Assembly (NCBI GenBank): GCA_040954595.2 | Contig: CM082591.2 | Coordinates: 6,160,266-6,224,265 of the forward strand | DNA from: Balanoglossus misakiensis | Taxonomy: Eukaryota; Animalia; Hemichordata | Direction: 5' to 3' | Length of the DNA stretch: 64,000 nucleotides | In this document: in pieces, positions 38,127 through 51,010 of the stretch | How the letters are laid out: each line of letters begins with the position of its first letter | How positions within the stretch are numbered: position 1 is the first letter of the stretch | Made by a program: the position numbers and the translations under genes | The notes under the pieces: generated by a model | The model's input: only the letters and a program-made list of their open reading frames with translations | What the model was told of the DNA's origin: nothing | Database searches by the model: none

Positions 38127-38441
38127 CCTGGCTGTCTCTGACTGTATGTTTGTCTGTCTGTCTCTCTCTCTCCATTATTATCTTATGTCTGCCATACATG
38201 TATACTTTGTTTTGGCATCAACATCACGTTAACGTTATTTCTGCCCGATGTGTTCAACAGGCGAACCCGTCCGTACCACTCCAACCGATCCAACTATTGG
38301 CATGACAACGAATACACCAGACGTCTGTAACACGACTTTCGATACAATCTTCATGGGTGAGCATCGTTACAGTATTTCCTCACTTTCTGTACTGATTGCA
38401 CAATGAGTTTTATCATCATCATCATCATCATCATCATCATT

Positions 38442-38526
<85 letters not shown>

Positions 38527-39514
38527 CTACTACCACAACCACCACCACCACCACCATCAAAACAATAATGACCTTAATACCATTCTTTTACACCTAGATG
38601 CCGACGAGAACACGTACGTAACCAAAGGAAAATACATCTGGCTGGTCCATGCAGCTGGCATTGCGGACAATTATCCAAAGAACATTGAAGATGTATATCC
38701 CGGTCTGCCCAGTGACATAGCGACAGCGTTTACATCACCGTGGACACACAGAACATTTTTCTTCAAAGGTGAGGCCGTAAAAATTCCCTCTTCCGTTTTA
38801 TTTGTTAGATGACAGAATTCCCAACTACTTATAAATTCCCTTTCCTTGTCCATATTCGCGAGTGAATTATAATGGGAAAATCTCAACAATAATTTCGGAT
38901 ATAACAAGATAAATCTAAGATTTTTTCTTACATTTACCATTTTAATGAAAATAAAAACACTAGCTAGTATCCTGATAAACTGTCCAAATGACTCAGCATT
39001 TCCCACTGAGTTTTAATCACTCCTAAAAAATTCTGACATATTTAAAATCAGGAAAATAACATTTTCAATTTAGAGTATACCCCAACCTTAATGAATGTTT
39101 ATTGATGCAGGTCGCCGTGTGTGGCGCTACACAAGACGCGCTCTGGACGAAGGCTACCCTAAGCGAACCGACAAGACCGGTTTACCGCGCGACCCCGACG
39201 CGGCCTTCGTATGGAGCGGAGACGGTAAAATTTACATCTTCAAGGGCTCGCGTTACTACATCTGGGACGAGTTCACCGAGAGGGTCAACCCGGGCGCCGT
39301 TCGACGCCTCAAAAAACACTGGCGAGGTCTACCGAGGGGTATCAACGCCGCTTTCCAGTGGACGAACCGACGCACTTATTTCTTCAAAGATGGCGACTAC
39401 TGGCGATACGACGACTTGGCTATGCAGGTTGAGGATGGGTACCCGAAATCCACCGCGCGGTGGTGGATTGGTTGTGATGGTCTTGTAATCGCTGGGCGAC
39501 TGAGACTTAGTTGA
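36385..39514 (+). CDS. Matrix metalloproteinase A (peptidase M10A): signal peptide, propeptide, furin site, catalytic domain, hemopexin domain
   Basis: Exons 36385-36465, 36812-37064, 37382-37603, 37729-37974, 38261-38356, 38598-38768 and 39111-39514 join in frame. Motifs: cysteine switch [36 protein letters not shown], Met-turn ALMAP, hemopexin blades (TFFFKG, DAAFVW, TYFFKD...WWIGC). Confidence 0.96.
38061..38123. repeat. (CT)n microsatellite, intronic
   Basis: Read directly from the sequence. Confidence 0.95.
38412..38558. repeat. (CAT)n/(CAC)n microsatellite, intronic
   Basis: Read directly; lies between MMP-A exons ending at 38356 and starting at 38598. Confidence 0.95.
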
Positions 39515-40538
39515 AAGAGGTATCTTTTATTTTATTTTTGTGGTATTTATTTTTGAACTTCGAGATCCAGCGAGCTTACGACACATTTTTCGTACTTGAA
39601 CAATGAACAAGATATTCAATATGGCGGCTAAGGACAAGACAACACTTGTCCAAGATCAGCATGAAATCAGTTCTTAAATCTGGATTTTACCATAGTTTGG
39701 GGGGCCCAGATTCTGAGTCCACCGATGCACAAGAACTCAGCTTACCAAATAACCAAATTGGTGGGCAATTTCGGGCGAGGGCGATATTATTGCCACCTCA
39801 GGCGTCACACTGTTGATTCTGAATGATGTTGGACAGGATGGACTAATGTAGCTCAAAACTAATAATAAATAGTACCAGTAATTCATTCACAGAAAAGGGA
39901 ACCGAAACAACGACAAATTTACTTAAAATCGTAAAATTTATTGCACTAAATCTATGTAAGGCTTGCCACAGTTAAACCTGATAAAAGCTGTGCCGGGTTG
40001 TAACGCGACTATCCTGTCCAGTATTATATATTAGAAAATTTTGTAAAATAAAGGGCGCGAAACTGCATTTTTGTGGACTCAAAATAAATATTTAGTCGTT
40101 AAAGTTTTCAAGTCCCCCCCTTTCAGTCCCTGAATTATTTCAAATCCCCCCCTTACATACCCTCAATTTTTTCAAATCCCCCCCCCCCTCAATTCTCCTG
40201 CCCCCCCCCCTCCAGAGGTGTTTGTGAATGCAGCCTAACAGTGAAAAAAGTCACAGAATTAAATGTAGGTAGATTCCGTTGTTTCGCATTGGTTTGTTTT
40301 TGTTTTATTTTCTCACCCACTTTGTGACTTGTTAATACCCTGTTTATGTTCCAATAAAATGTCATTCATTTGACTATAGGATTTATTGTTTTCTACACAC
40401 ATATAGAGAAGTCAAACGCAGGCATAATACAAAAACACATGTTATTTGTCTATGTAGTAGTGTGCGTATGACCGGGTCATAGGCGCTAAGCCGGAGCGCC
40501 CGCACAGGACTAAATCATTCAGTCTATCTGTGTGGTTA

Positions 40539-40820
40539 TTAAAGGATTTCTTCGACGTAGCCGAAGGCACGTGATATGCCTTCGTCGTATTCTAGTACGT
40601 AATCGAGAATGGTAATAGTGATTGATATAGCCAGGAATACCAAACCAATCGCAAAGGCGATGATTGACAGGCGCTTAGCCCATAAGGAGGATTCATTTGC
40701 GGCGGCCATGTCGCCGAGCCATATAGCGCGATGTACCTGTGGAAAATACAAAGGGATAAGGTTATGATAATAGTACCCTTTACATCATCATCATCATCGT
40801 CATCGTCGTCGTCGTCGTCG

Positions 40821-40855
<35 letters not shown>

Positions 40856-40895
40856 GTCGTCGTCGTCGTCGTCGTCGTCATCATCATCGTCGTCG

Positions 40896-40933
<38 letters not shown>

Positions 40934-40976
40934 GTCGTCGTCGTCGTCGTCGTCGTCGTCATCATCATCATCATCG

Positions 40977-41024
<48 letters not shown>

Positions 41025-42490
41025 CAAGCATCATCATCATCATCATCATCAATCCCCTCAAAAATGTATTTTTGATATAAGGAAACACGGCAAATTGATA
41101 TAAACATTTTTGCAATGTCGTGTGTTTGTATTTCAGTACTGTCCAATCGACGTGCCCTGGTAATTATACATTATCTGAAATAACTCCAATTGGTCTCTTT
41201 TATGGTGTTTGTTGGCTGTAGTCCTTGTTTCTTAGTTCAGTTCGGTGTCTTAAAAGGAAATCCGTCTCTCTTGTACTCACGTTACGCGACTTCCAGACGG
41301 CAAACATCCCGACAGGCCAGAAACAACAGATTGTGGTGCAGAGAGCGAAGACGAAATGGTCGCTGGGAACGTCCAGCGGGTTTACCAGTGGTGCTGTCTG
41401 CGCCTGCGCCATGGGTTGGGAAGTCACCTGCAAGTACAGTGTAGTTGTGATTACCGCCAACTTGCACATCATCAATTTGACAAAACGATTTCATATTAAC
41501 ACGAAGTCTTGCGTTGGAAGTCTTTTGTTCCTCATATAATCCCACGCTCCCGGTAAGTGTCGCCTACCCACTTGACAGACAATGAATGATACCTTTTTAG
41601 ACTATCGATCTATCCAAAAATAGAGACATTAAACCTATCCACAATAATGACATTATTTGTATCACCATTCCAAGAATATTCGTATTTTCTTCTACTCACC
41701 ACGGTTTCTGGGAAAGAATAAGGTGGAGGGCGAGACATGTCGTACTGCTCCGGAAACACTTTGTTTTCTGAAAATAAAACAATGCGGAGACAGTAACCAG
41801 CCAGAGAGTGGTGGTGCTTGTGGCGTCCAAGCGCCTGGTATCTATCTTGCCGTGTCTTGGCTACGCCCCAAAACGGTCAGGCTATCCTAGCACATTGACC
41901 CTGTAACTTGGTGTAACAGGTGTGACCTTGAAGTCAGCCACAGTTAGTATTTCCTGGTGGCGGTGGTCATTAGACTCTCTCACACCCCCTCTCGCCGTCC
42001 ATGCAGGCTTATGGTCTGATTGCATGCATGCGGCATACCTGCACTGTCAGGTGTGCTGTATGTCAGACATGCAAGCCATGCACCAGACCTGGTGCAGACC
42101 AGGTGAACTTTGGTTGTGTTTGTATACGACTATAAATAACTCTCACTTTCATGTACAGGTGTTCAGTGTTTCCGTCCGTGAGACCGTTGTTGTTTATGTT
42201 CAGCCTTTCTGATATAATACTAGTACGCTGACATAGGAGTGCAGTAGCGAATAGTAAACATTCTATACGCCCGAGGAAATGTTTAATCTACAATCGGGTT
42301 TCGCTGTCTGTGTGTGGGCCTTGGCGAGCGGCCATCTCGTGGTGGTAAGACTGTCCCCATTGACAATACCAAAAGCTACTGCTTGCCAAAGACAGTATAA
42401 CCATGGAACCTTCCACTGCCTGTGTCTCTATACAATGGCGGAATCAGCAGACATATTAAATTAAAAATTGAGAAGAAACTCACCATTCAT
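40539..42490 (-). CDS. CD225/dispanin (IFITM/PRRT-like) membrane protein
   Basis: Exons 42490-42484 (ATG AAT G), 41767-41700, 41427-41281 and 40736-40539 join in frame: MNENKVFPEQYDMSRPPPYSFPETVVTSQP...PSDHFVFALCTTICCFWPVGMFAVWKSRNVHRAIWLGDMAAANESSLWAKRLSIIAFAIG. This carries the CCFWPxG and GD...A...S..AK signature. Confidence 0.9.
40783..41050. repeat. (TCA)n/(TCG)n microsatellite, intronic
   Basis: Read directly; lies in the last dispanin intron. Confidence 0.95.
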
Positions 42491-42793
42491 TTTGCAAGTT
42501 TCTTTGCTGTGGCTGGTTTCAATGACCAGGGCTTTGAAGTTCTCGACTGATGTTCTAATTTCCTGACCAAGCGCCCTTTCTGAAAGTTTTGCCTGCGTCA
42601 CAGGTTGTGTCCGGTTCGATAAGACGGTTCAGGTATATACAAGTGTATTACGTAACGGATCTTTCAGTGTATCGATCTGAGCGCTTTTGAGTGGGGATTC
42701 TTTGGCCAATCGACAATACTGAAATATCCGTCGTTTGGGGGCGCTGTCCGAGGCTGGCTCGCGATCATGGATTCTTTAAAAATGTCATTAATA

Positions 42794-42955
42794 TAGTCAA
42801 ACCTGTCTATATTGGCCAGTCAAGGGACTGTCATAAACTGGCCTTTATAGACAGGTGGTCTTTATAGACAAGTCAATTAATGTTCATGTTAATTGCACAA
42901 GGACTGTAACATAGTGGCCACTATATAGAGGTGGTCACTAACACAGGTTTGACTG
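42794..42955. mobile_element. Tc1/mariner-pogo-type MITE
   Basis: TA|TAGTCAAACCTGTC ... ACAGGTTTGACTG|TA, with internal GTGGTC(T/A) subrepeats. Confidence 0.7.
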
Positions 42956-43783
42956 TATTGTCATTTGTAACAAAGTGTGTAAATGTAAAATCTTCGGCTT
43001 GGATATAAAAGGCAAATGAACGATCTAAACTAGGAACTATATTCTGTTTATCATTACATTTTTATGCAGTTATCTTTGTATCTTATAAGAAAACCTTATT
43101 TTCAACCTGACACATACTTCAATATTATCTTCAATTTCCTATGCATATACCAAAACTTCTAGAAAGTATTTTTTTTCAACAGATAACTATTTGTTTGTGA
43201 TGACATTATCAAATAGGCAAAATGAAAATCGTTGCGACGTGCCACAGGTGTGTCCGGGGAGAGAGATCTTCTAAATTTACCCAGGCCACTCCCCACAGGA
43301 ATATGTGAACGCAATACGTGTATTTACACATCCTTCCACGCGTTCCTTGTCGTTGCACGCGTAGCTTCAAGGAGACCTACATACCAGACTATCCGCAAAG
43401 TTATCACGTTTCACAACTTGTTTAATTGCGACTTACGCCAACGCGCCCATTAATCAACGCTTGTTTGCGTACCTGTCGAAAGGAATATTGCCCTATACAC
43501 ATGTCGTTCTTTTACTACCCTTTTCACCACTATCGTTCAGTCCAAACTCATTGTTTTCTGTGGTACGGGTGGACCTCTAAAGAGCGAATCGGGGGTGGAA
43601 GGGTACGACAGCAGCATTCCTGGGTTTGATTCAGCAAGTTATTTCATTGCGGCTTACCAAAGACGCACTTAATTTGTCGGTTTTGATGAGTGTGAGCCGC
43701 GGCATGTTAGCATAGTACGCCTACGCCTGATTCCGGCCACCTGGTACCAACACTGTGTTGTTCAAGATGGCTTTGTTGTTTAA

Positions 43784-44287
43784 AGGCACGTAAGCTGTAA
43801 CTTTTGGGATAATTTTCATAATTTTTGTTTCACACTGCACTACCATTAGTCCATGCAGATGAAGGCAGTGAACTATACACAAGCATTATAAACCCTAAAT
43901 ATGAGTGCATATGCAAGTTTTAACCAGATAAATAATAAAGCTTTGCCGCGAGCAATTATGGCCGCCACCGTGGGAAAATGAAAGAAACAATGAAAATGTC
44001 GCATTTCCGGTTGTGAAACTTCATAAACAAAACATGATCTCATCCACTTGAGCTCATGGAAGTAAATGTACACCACTGAGACATCAGATTTTCATTTTTC
44101 ATTGCAATATTGCACTTTTTTAAAAATTTCAGGAATTTTCGTTTTTCTTTAATTTTTGGCCATTTTGTCATAAATAGGTGTTGAGCTTGATATATTATCA
44201 TGAAATAGCATTTAATAGCTATAATTAAAAGCATATATGAGATTATTTAAAACATTGATTTTTTATCCAGTTGCAGCTTACGTGCCT
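43784..44287. mobile_element. Kolobok-like non-autonomous element (504 bp)
   Basis: TTAA|AGGCACGTAAGCTGTAACT ... AGTTGCAGCTTACGTGCCT|TTAA. Confidence 0.82.
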
Positions 44288-46178
44288 TTAATTGTCATTT
44301 TTAAAGACGTTCCTTACACTTTATCCCTAGTGATATGTTTACCGTGAGTGATAATAGAAAATAGGCCAATTATAACCACTCTGCTGTATTTTCACTCGCG
44401 TCAAAAGCACAATTGGTTAATTGAAATGAGGTAGGGCTAGACTTGCTCCAAGTCTTTGGGCTTCATTATTTCATAATAAATACATTTAAAAACTCGTTCC
44501 GAATTTCTCTATGTACCATGTGTGAAGTAAAAGTCACCGAGTGTGAGCGCGTATGTACGTCAAGGGAACGCGTAGGCCCATTAGTCCATGGGCCAGACAG
44601 GAATTTGGTATCAGAAAGATGGACAAAGCCTCACATGGTTTTTTGGAAAGGCCTATATCTCTAGATTATAAATTGGGGTGATAGCCCTGCCTATCGAGTA
44701 GCTTTCTGCATTTTTTCCCTCAAAAACTAATGTAAGAACCTAAAAATTTCCGACCCAAATTTTGGGGGTAGGGGAACTTTAAATTGCTGTAACTCCAGCA
44801 AAACTAAAGCCAGAACAGTCATTTACCACTCAAATTGTGTGTTTTTTAGAACTCTACCAATATAATATATTTTGGTGGTAATTCGTTTTGAATTGAGGTC
44901 AATAGAGGTCAAAAGGTCATGAAATTTGGGTCATTCTAAAAATTTGTAGTATGACTATTTCTTGAACGATTTTTTTGAACTTAAGTCTTCAAATGTCATT
45001 TACAAGATAAAATACTTTCCCAGAATCTATTTCAAACCAATAGAAAACCTTATTATTCATTTATGACCAGAAAAACACAAATAAAGAGAAACGACAGAAA
45101 GACATCCAATTTTCCACTCAGATTTAAGGGTAGGGGAAACTTAAGTTCTTGTAACTCCGGCAAAAATAAACCCAGAACAGTCATCTACCACTCAAATTGT
45201 GTGTTTTTTAGAACTCTACCAATATAATATATTTTGGTGGTAATTCGTTTTGAATTGAGGTCAATAGAGGTCAAAAGGTCATGAAATTTGGGTCATTCTG
45301 AACATTTGTAGTATGACTATTTCTTGAACGATTTTTTTGAACTTATAAGTCTTTAAATGTCATTTAGAAGATAAAATACTCTCCCAGAATCTATTTCAAA
45401 CCAATAAAAAACCCTATTAATCAATTACGATCAGATAAACACAAATACAGAGATACGGAAGAATGGCACAAGACTTCAGACCCTGATATTGGGGTAGGGG
45501 AAACTTAAGTAGTTGTAACTCCGGCAAAAATAAAGCCAGAAAAGTCATCTACCTCTCAAATTGTGTGTTTTTTTAGCACTCTAGCGATTGTATATGTATT
45601 TGTTGCAATTTTGTTTTGAATTTAGGTCAAAGAGGTCAAAAGATCACAAGATTTGGGTAATTTCGAAAAATTATGGTAAGAACATTTCCCGCATTAATTT
45701 TTTAAACCCAAGTCTTCAAATGTCATTTATGAGATAAAATACTCTACACGATTTTTTTTCAGACCAATTGAAGACCTTATTATTCAATTACAATCAGAAA
45801 AAAAATTAGTAGAGAAACGGGATAATAACAAACAATTTCCCACGGATTTTGGGGTAGGTTTGGCCATCTAACAGGTAAGTATACACCCAACTGATCATGC
45901 ACATATGGTGTTTAGGAGAACGGATGTGCAAATTTGTGAACCTTTGCATGCTGCTCATGTGCACTGTACTTGTATGATGATTCCTAACAATACTACGAGA
46001 AGGGGCCATTATAGCATTGTAGCTCTGATTGTGTATTATTGTTGGATACCATCCTACAGTGTACAGGCACAGCAGATGACAAGCCAAGCAAAGGTTCAAA
46101 AATCTGCTTATTTTTTTTTCCTCAACACAATATGAGCATGATCTATTTATATTCAGGTCCAGTATAATAAATAAAAAA

Positions 46179-47091
46179 ATGGCCTCGTCACTCTACAAGA
46201 TCACGCCTCCTGGATAACTTTGCTCAATACAGCTAACATACAAAAATACAAACCAATTCAGGACCTCGCCATTGGTTTGGGCGAAGGTGAAATTCCTCAG
46301 GTGCAGTACCATCGGAAATGCCGAAGTCTCTTTACGATGAAAAAGGCTCTTGAATCTATCCTTTCTAAAGAGCAGTCGTCATCAACTGAGGGAACCAATA
46401 CACTGGAACGTGAAAAGAGGTCGAGCATACAAGGGTCTCGGGTGTACGATCATATTTGCCTATTTTGCTCCACCACCAAGTACATGAAGGGAAGTAGGAC
46501 AAGAGCTCCTTTAGTTCGTTGTCAGCAATTGCGTACGGACAACACATTTAGGGAGGCAGCAACAAGAAAAATGACAGTAAAATTCGTGCACTTCTCAGTC
46601 GTGAGTTGGTTGCTGCTGAGGGTCACTATCATAGAAAGTGTTATAGGGACTATACAAGGCCTGATATTCAAGCAGGTTCAAGTCATATGGAGGTTGATGA
46701 AAGTCAATATGATCAAGATACTAGTTGTGAGGATGTCCTGCAAATTGCTCAACAAGAGTTATGTTCTTTTATCAGAAATGATTTGTTCACAAACCCTGAG
46801 GTAGTTCCCCTGACTGATCTATCAAACAAGTTAGTTACCAAAATGCTCCAACTTGGTGTTAAACAGGTTAACAATTCCACCAACAAAACTTGCAGCATAC
46901 GCTAAATACGGAATTCAAAGGGACATTGATTTTTTTTTAATGATGTCAATGGTAGGGTGCTTGTATATCCGTCATCACTAGATATAGGTACTGTTGTCCT
47001 GAAGTACAATGCTGTAAGAAAAGAACTTCTTGCAGCAGAAAAACAATCACATGAAAGTATCATCACCACATCTGCTCTAATCCTGCTTACG
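46179..47091 (+). pseudogene. Disrupted N-terminal fragment of an Academ-like transposase (left arm plus spacer)
   Basis: Peptides VQYHRKCRSLFTMK, ICLFC and ELVAAEGHYHRKCYRDYT lie in different frames. The family assignment is from recall plus the TAG termini and 3-bp TSD. Confidence 0.7.
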
Positions 47092-47665
47092 CTGCTTGAA
47101 TATCAGGCCTTGTATAGTCCCTATAACACTTTCTAAGATAGTGACCCTCAGCAGCAACCAACTCACGACTGAGAAGTGCACGAATTTTACTGTCATTTTT
47201 CTTGTTGCTGCCTCCCTAAATGTGTTGTCCGTACGCAATTGCTGACAACGAACTAAAGGAGCTCTTGTCCTACTTCCCTTCATGTACTTGGTGGTGGAGC
47301 AAAATAGGCAAATGTGATCACACCGAGACCCTTGTATGCTCGACCTCTTTTTTACGTTCCAGTGTATTGGTTCCCTCAGTTGATGACGACTGCTCTTTAG
47401 AAAGGATAGATTCAAGAGCCTTTTTCATCGTAAAGAGACTTCGGCATTTCCGATGGTACTGCACCTGAGGAATTTCACCTTCGCCCAAACCAATGGCGAG
47501 GTCCTGAAATGGTTTGTATTTTTGTATGTTAGCTGTATTCAGCAAAGTTATCCAGGAGGCGTGATCTTGTAGAGTAACGAGGCTTGCTTTATGGTCGGAT
47601 TCATGACAGTCGAGAAAACAATCCCGTCGAGCCCTCTTGTGTGGAATAGAAGATGGGCTTGCCAT
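47092..47665 (-). pseudogene. Inverted second copy of the transposase N-terminus, retaining the ATG (MASPSSIPHKR...)
   Basis: ORFs 47318-47665 and 47077-47415 mirror the left-arm peptides. Confidence 0.7.
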
Positions 47666-50000
47666 TTTTTATTTATTATACTGGACCTGAATATAAATAA
47701 ATCATGCTCATATTGTGTTGAGGAAAAAAAATAAGCAGATTTTTGAACCTTTGCTTGGCTTGTCATCTGCTGTGCCTGTACACTGTAGAATGGTATCCAA
47801 CAATAATACACAATCAGAGCTACAATGCTATAATGGCCCCTTCTCGTAGTATTGTTAGGAATCATCATACAAGTACAGTGCACATGAGCAGCATGCAAAG
47901 GTTCACAAATTTGCACATCCGTTCTCCTAAACACCATATGTGCATGATCAGTTGGGTGTATACTTACCTGTTAGATGGCCAAACCTACCCCAAAATCCGT
48001 GGGAAATTGTTTGTTATTATCCCGTTTCTCTACTAATTTTTTTCTGATTGTAATTGAATAATAAGGTCTTCAATTGGTTCGGGGAAAAAATGGTGTAGAG
48101 TATTTTATCTCATAAATGACATTTGAAGACTTGAGTTTAAAAAATTAATGCGGGAAATGTTCGTACCATAATTTTTCGAAATTACCCAAATCTTGTGATC
48201 TTTTGACCTCTTTGACCTAAATTCAAAACAAAATTGCAACAAATACATATACAATCGCTAGAGTGCTAAAATCCACACAATTTGAGAGGTAGATGACTTT
48301 TCTGGCTTTATTTTTGCCGGAGTTACAACTACTTAAGTTTCCCCTACCCCAATATCAGGGTCTGAAGTCTTGTGCCATTCTTCCGTATCTCTGTATTTGT
48401 GTTTTTCTGATCGTAATTGATTAATAGGGTTTTTTATTGGTTTGAAATAGATTCTGGGAGAGTATTTTATCTTCTAAATGACATTTAAAGACTTATAAGT
48501 TTAAAAAAATCGTTCAAGAAATAGTCATACTACAAATTTTCAGAATGACCCAAATTTCATGACCTTTTGACCTCTATTGACCTCAATTCAAAACGAATTA
48601 CCACCAAAATATATTATATTGGTAGAGTTCTAAAAAACACACAATTTGAGTGGTAGATGACTGTTCTGGGTTTATTTTTGCCGGAGTTACAAGAACTTAA
48701 GTTTCCCCTACCCTTAAATCTGAGTGGAAAATTGGATGTCTTTCTGTCGTTTCTCCTTATTTGTGTTTTTCTGGTCATAAATGAATAATAAGGTTTTTTA
48801 TTGGTTTGAAATACATTCTGGGAGAGTATTTTATCTTCTGAATGACATTTAAAGACTTAAGTTCAAAACTATCGTTCAAGAAATAGTCATACTACAAATT
48901 TTCAGAATGACCCAAATTTCATGACCTTTTGACCTCTATTGACCTCAATTCAAAACGAATTACCACCAAAATATATTATATTGGTAGAGTTCTAAAAAAC
49001 ACACAATTTGAGTGGTAAATGACTGTTCTGGCTTTAGTTTTGCTGGAGATACAGCAATTTAAAATTCCCCTACCCCCAAAATTTGGGTCGGAAATTTTTA
49101 GGTTCTTACATTAGTTTTTGAGGGAAAAAATGCAGAAAGCTACTCGATAGGCAGGGCTATCACCCCAATTGATAATCTAGAGATATAGGCCTTTCAAAAA
49201 AACCACATGAGGCTTTGTCCATCTTTCTGATACCAATTCATGAAAAATCGGGTCCTGGCCCATGGACTACATGCGACGCTACCCGAAACCACGAGCTCAG
49301 TCCCAAATTCGAAACTCGCCTCACTACCAAAAACACGCTTAAGGCAAGCATTCACGCAAAAAAAGTATTGAAATTATTTATTAAGACAAAAAAAAACACC
49401 GAAAACACAAAAAGTTTTGAGATTAAAAAAATCACCAAGCGACTAGTGGGCTAGTCTAAGGTAGGGCCCATGTACGGTTTGGGTGAGTTCCACAATTAAG
49501 GGGTGGTTGACTCCGACAAAATCCAATAAAAGATTTCGTGTTTTTCGTCCAATTTCTCTGAAATCACACCTCGGTCACGGGAAGTGGCTGAAATCGAAAC
49601 CGGCGCTTCACGAAGGTTAAATGAACGTTATACTTAAGCTTGAATGCTGGGAGGCACGGCACATCCCAAAGTAAGCTGAACAGGAAATGTCAAACTTTTC
49701 TCTTGTTTCGCTGTATACCTTAAAAGAATTTTTCGCCCCACGGTCTGTAATCGTGTCCTGTGTGACACTGACATAGGACTGCGTGTAACAGTCGGAGGTT
49801 GTCATTGTCTGCCGTGGTTTGTTGTTCAAGAAAGCGGGAATTTTTCAGAAATACATGACAAAATATTGGTCACTTTTACCATTGTCACAAACGACAAGTT
49901 TTTTTTCTGGTATGGCCGTAATGCATTACTGCTATTCAGCACCTTCGCAGGGCATATCGCATATCGGATAGCTGTATACGTACGTCCGGTCTCATAAGCG

Positions 50001-50060
50001 TATATAAAGAACGCTGGTTTAGTTAGCCCTGAATTGCAGCAAGCCCTCTCACAACGATAG
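50001..50060 (+). promoter_or_regulatory. Putative TATA box and non-coding first exon of MMP-B
   Basis: TATATAAA at 50001 and donor AG|GTAAGA at 50060. An acceptor (pyrimidine tract...acag|) at 51774 precedes the ATG at 51796. The layout matches MMP-A. Confidence 0.5.
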
Positions 50061-50266
50061 GTAAGAATCCAATCATTCACATTTTGTGCAGATATTTTGC
50101 TTACTTCTGTTTCACTATATTCGCATTAGCGTTTTTCTTTTCGCAATTCGCATGTGTTCCCCTAGATGACGTTAAGCCGCGTGAGTCTTACAGAACGGAC
50201 ATCATCATAGGGACCTAAACCCGTTGTAGTGATTTTGAGATTTCGTTGGATCTACGCGACGGATGT

Positions 50267-50342
50267 AATCTCTCTGTCTCTCTCTGTCTCTCTCTGTCTC
50301 TCTCTCTCTCTTTCTCTCTCTCCGTCTCTGTCTCCCTCTCTC
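50267..50342. repeat. CT-rich microsatellite
   Basis: Read directly from the sequence. Confidence 0.85.
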
Positions 50343-51010
50343 AAATCGACATTCCTATTTTTGTTCATACTTTCTATGATACTTACACCTGGAAACGGCG
50401 ACACACACTAGTATTTACGCTACCTTGTATCACTTACGCTTCTAAGGAGATCGATGTCCTCCACATAAGAAAATGTGAAAAACACCCCGTCTTTCCATAA
50501 TGGGTCCCTCGTATATCAATTATAGTCAACCTTTGATTGTATTATCGAAGCGCCATTCCAAAACTGTCGTGGTATTTCAAGGTGGATCGCATGTCACTCT
50601 GACACTTCAAACCACTGTGTGTTTTAAACACAGAAATAAGATCTTGCATCGGAACTATTCGGGTCTCAAAGGGCATCAGTGTTTAGCACACATGTAGGCC
50701 TATTTACAGGTAGACTGCAAATTCTCTCGGCTTGAAATTTCAACGCGCCGGTTTGGCCTCAAGCCACAAGGGTTTGCTGACAAACCACGCTGATTTACTT
50801 GCAGAAATATCGGTATTTCCACAAGCCAATAAATTTTCTGCTGTGTACATGTACAGGCAAGCCAGTCAGTGTTATGAATGGTTCGTATACACAAGTGTAT
50901 ACTTGTTAGTCGGCCATAGTGTTTGAAAGTGCCACGATTTGTAGGGTTGTAAGTGCATTGAATGTTGTCAGCAACGAGATGCGTTGCTCCCAAGAGGCTA
51001 TAGTGTCGGC

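Larger units (their letters stand above)
44582..49269. mobile_element. Academ-type DNA transposon derivative forming a 4.7-kb foldback
   Basis: Termini TAGTCCATGGGCCAG...CTGGCCCATGGACTA and 3-bp TSD CAT (44579-44581, 49270-49272). Arms 44582-46675 and 47092-49269 are inverted copies, each with about 3 subterminal repeats of ~363 bp. Confidence 0.88.
44438..49458. mobile_element. Outer non-autonomous element (about 330 bp net; AcademH-like), split by the foldback insertion
   Basis: Perfect 9-bp TSD AGGTAGGGC at 44429-44437 and 49459-49467; imperfect TIRs TAGACTTGCTCCAAGTC / GACTAGTGGGCTAGTCTA. Confidence 0.75.

Noticed and set aside
38351-38597. Poly-His, poly-Met and poly-Ile ORFs
   Set aside because: Intronic (CAT)n repeat; the MMP-A exon starts at 38598, after the acceptor.
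40731-41146. Poly-Asp and poly-Ser ORFs
   Set aside because: Intronic (TCA/TCG)n repeat in the dispanin gene.
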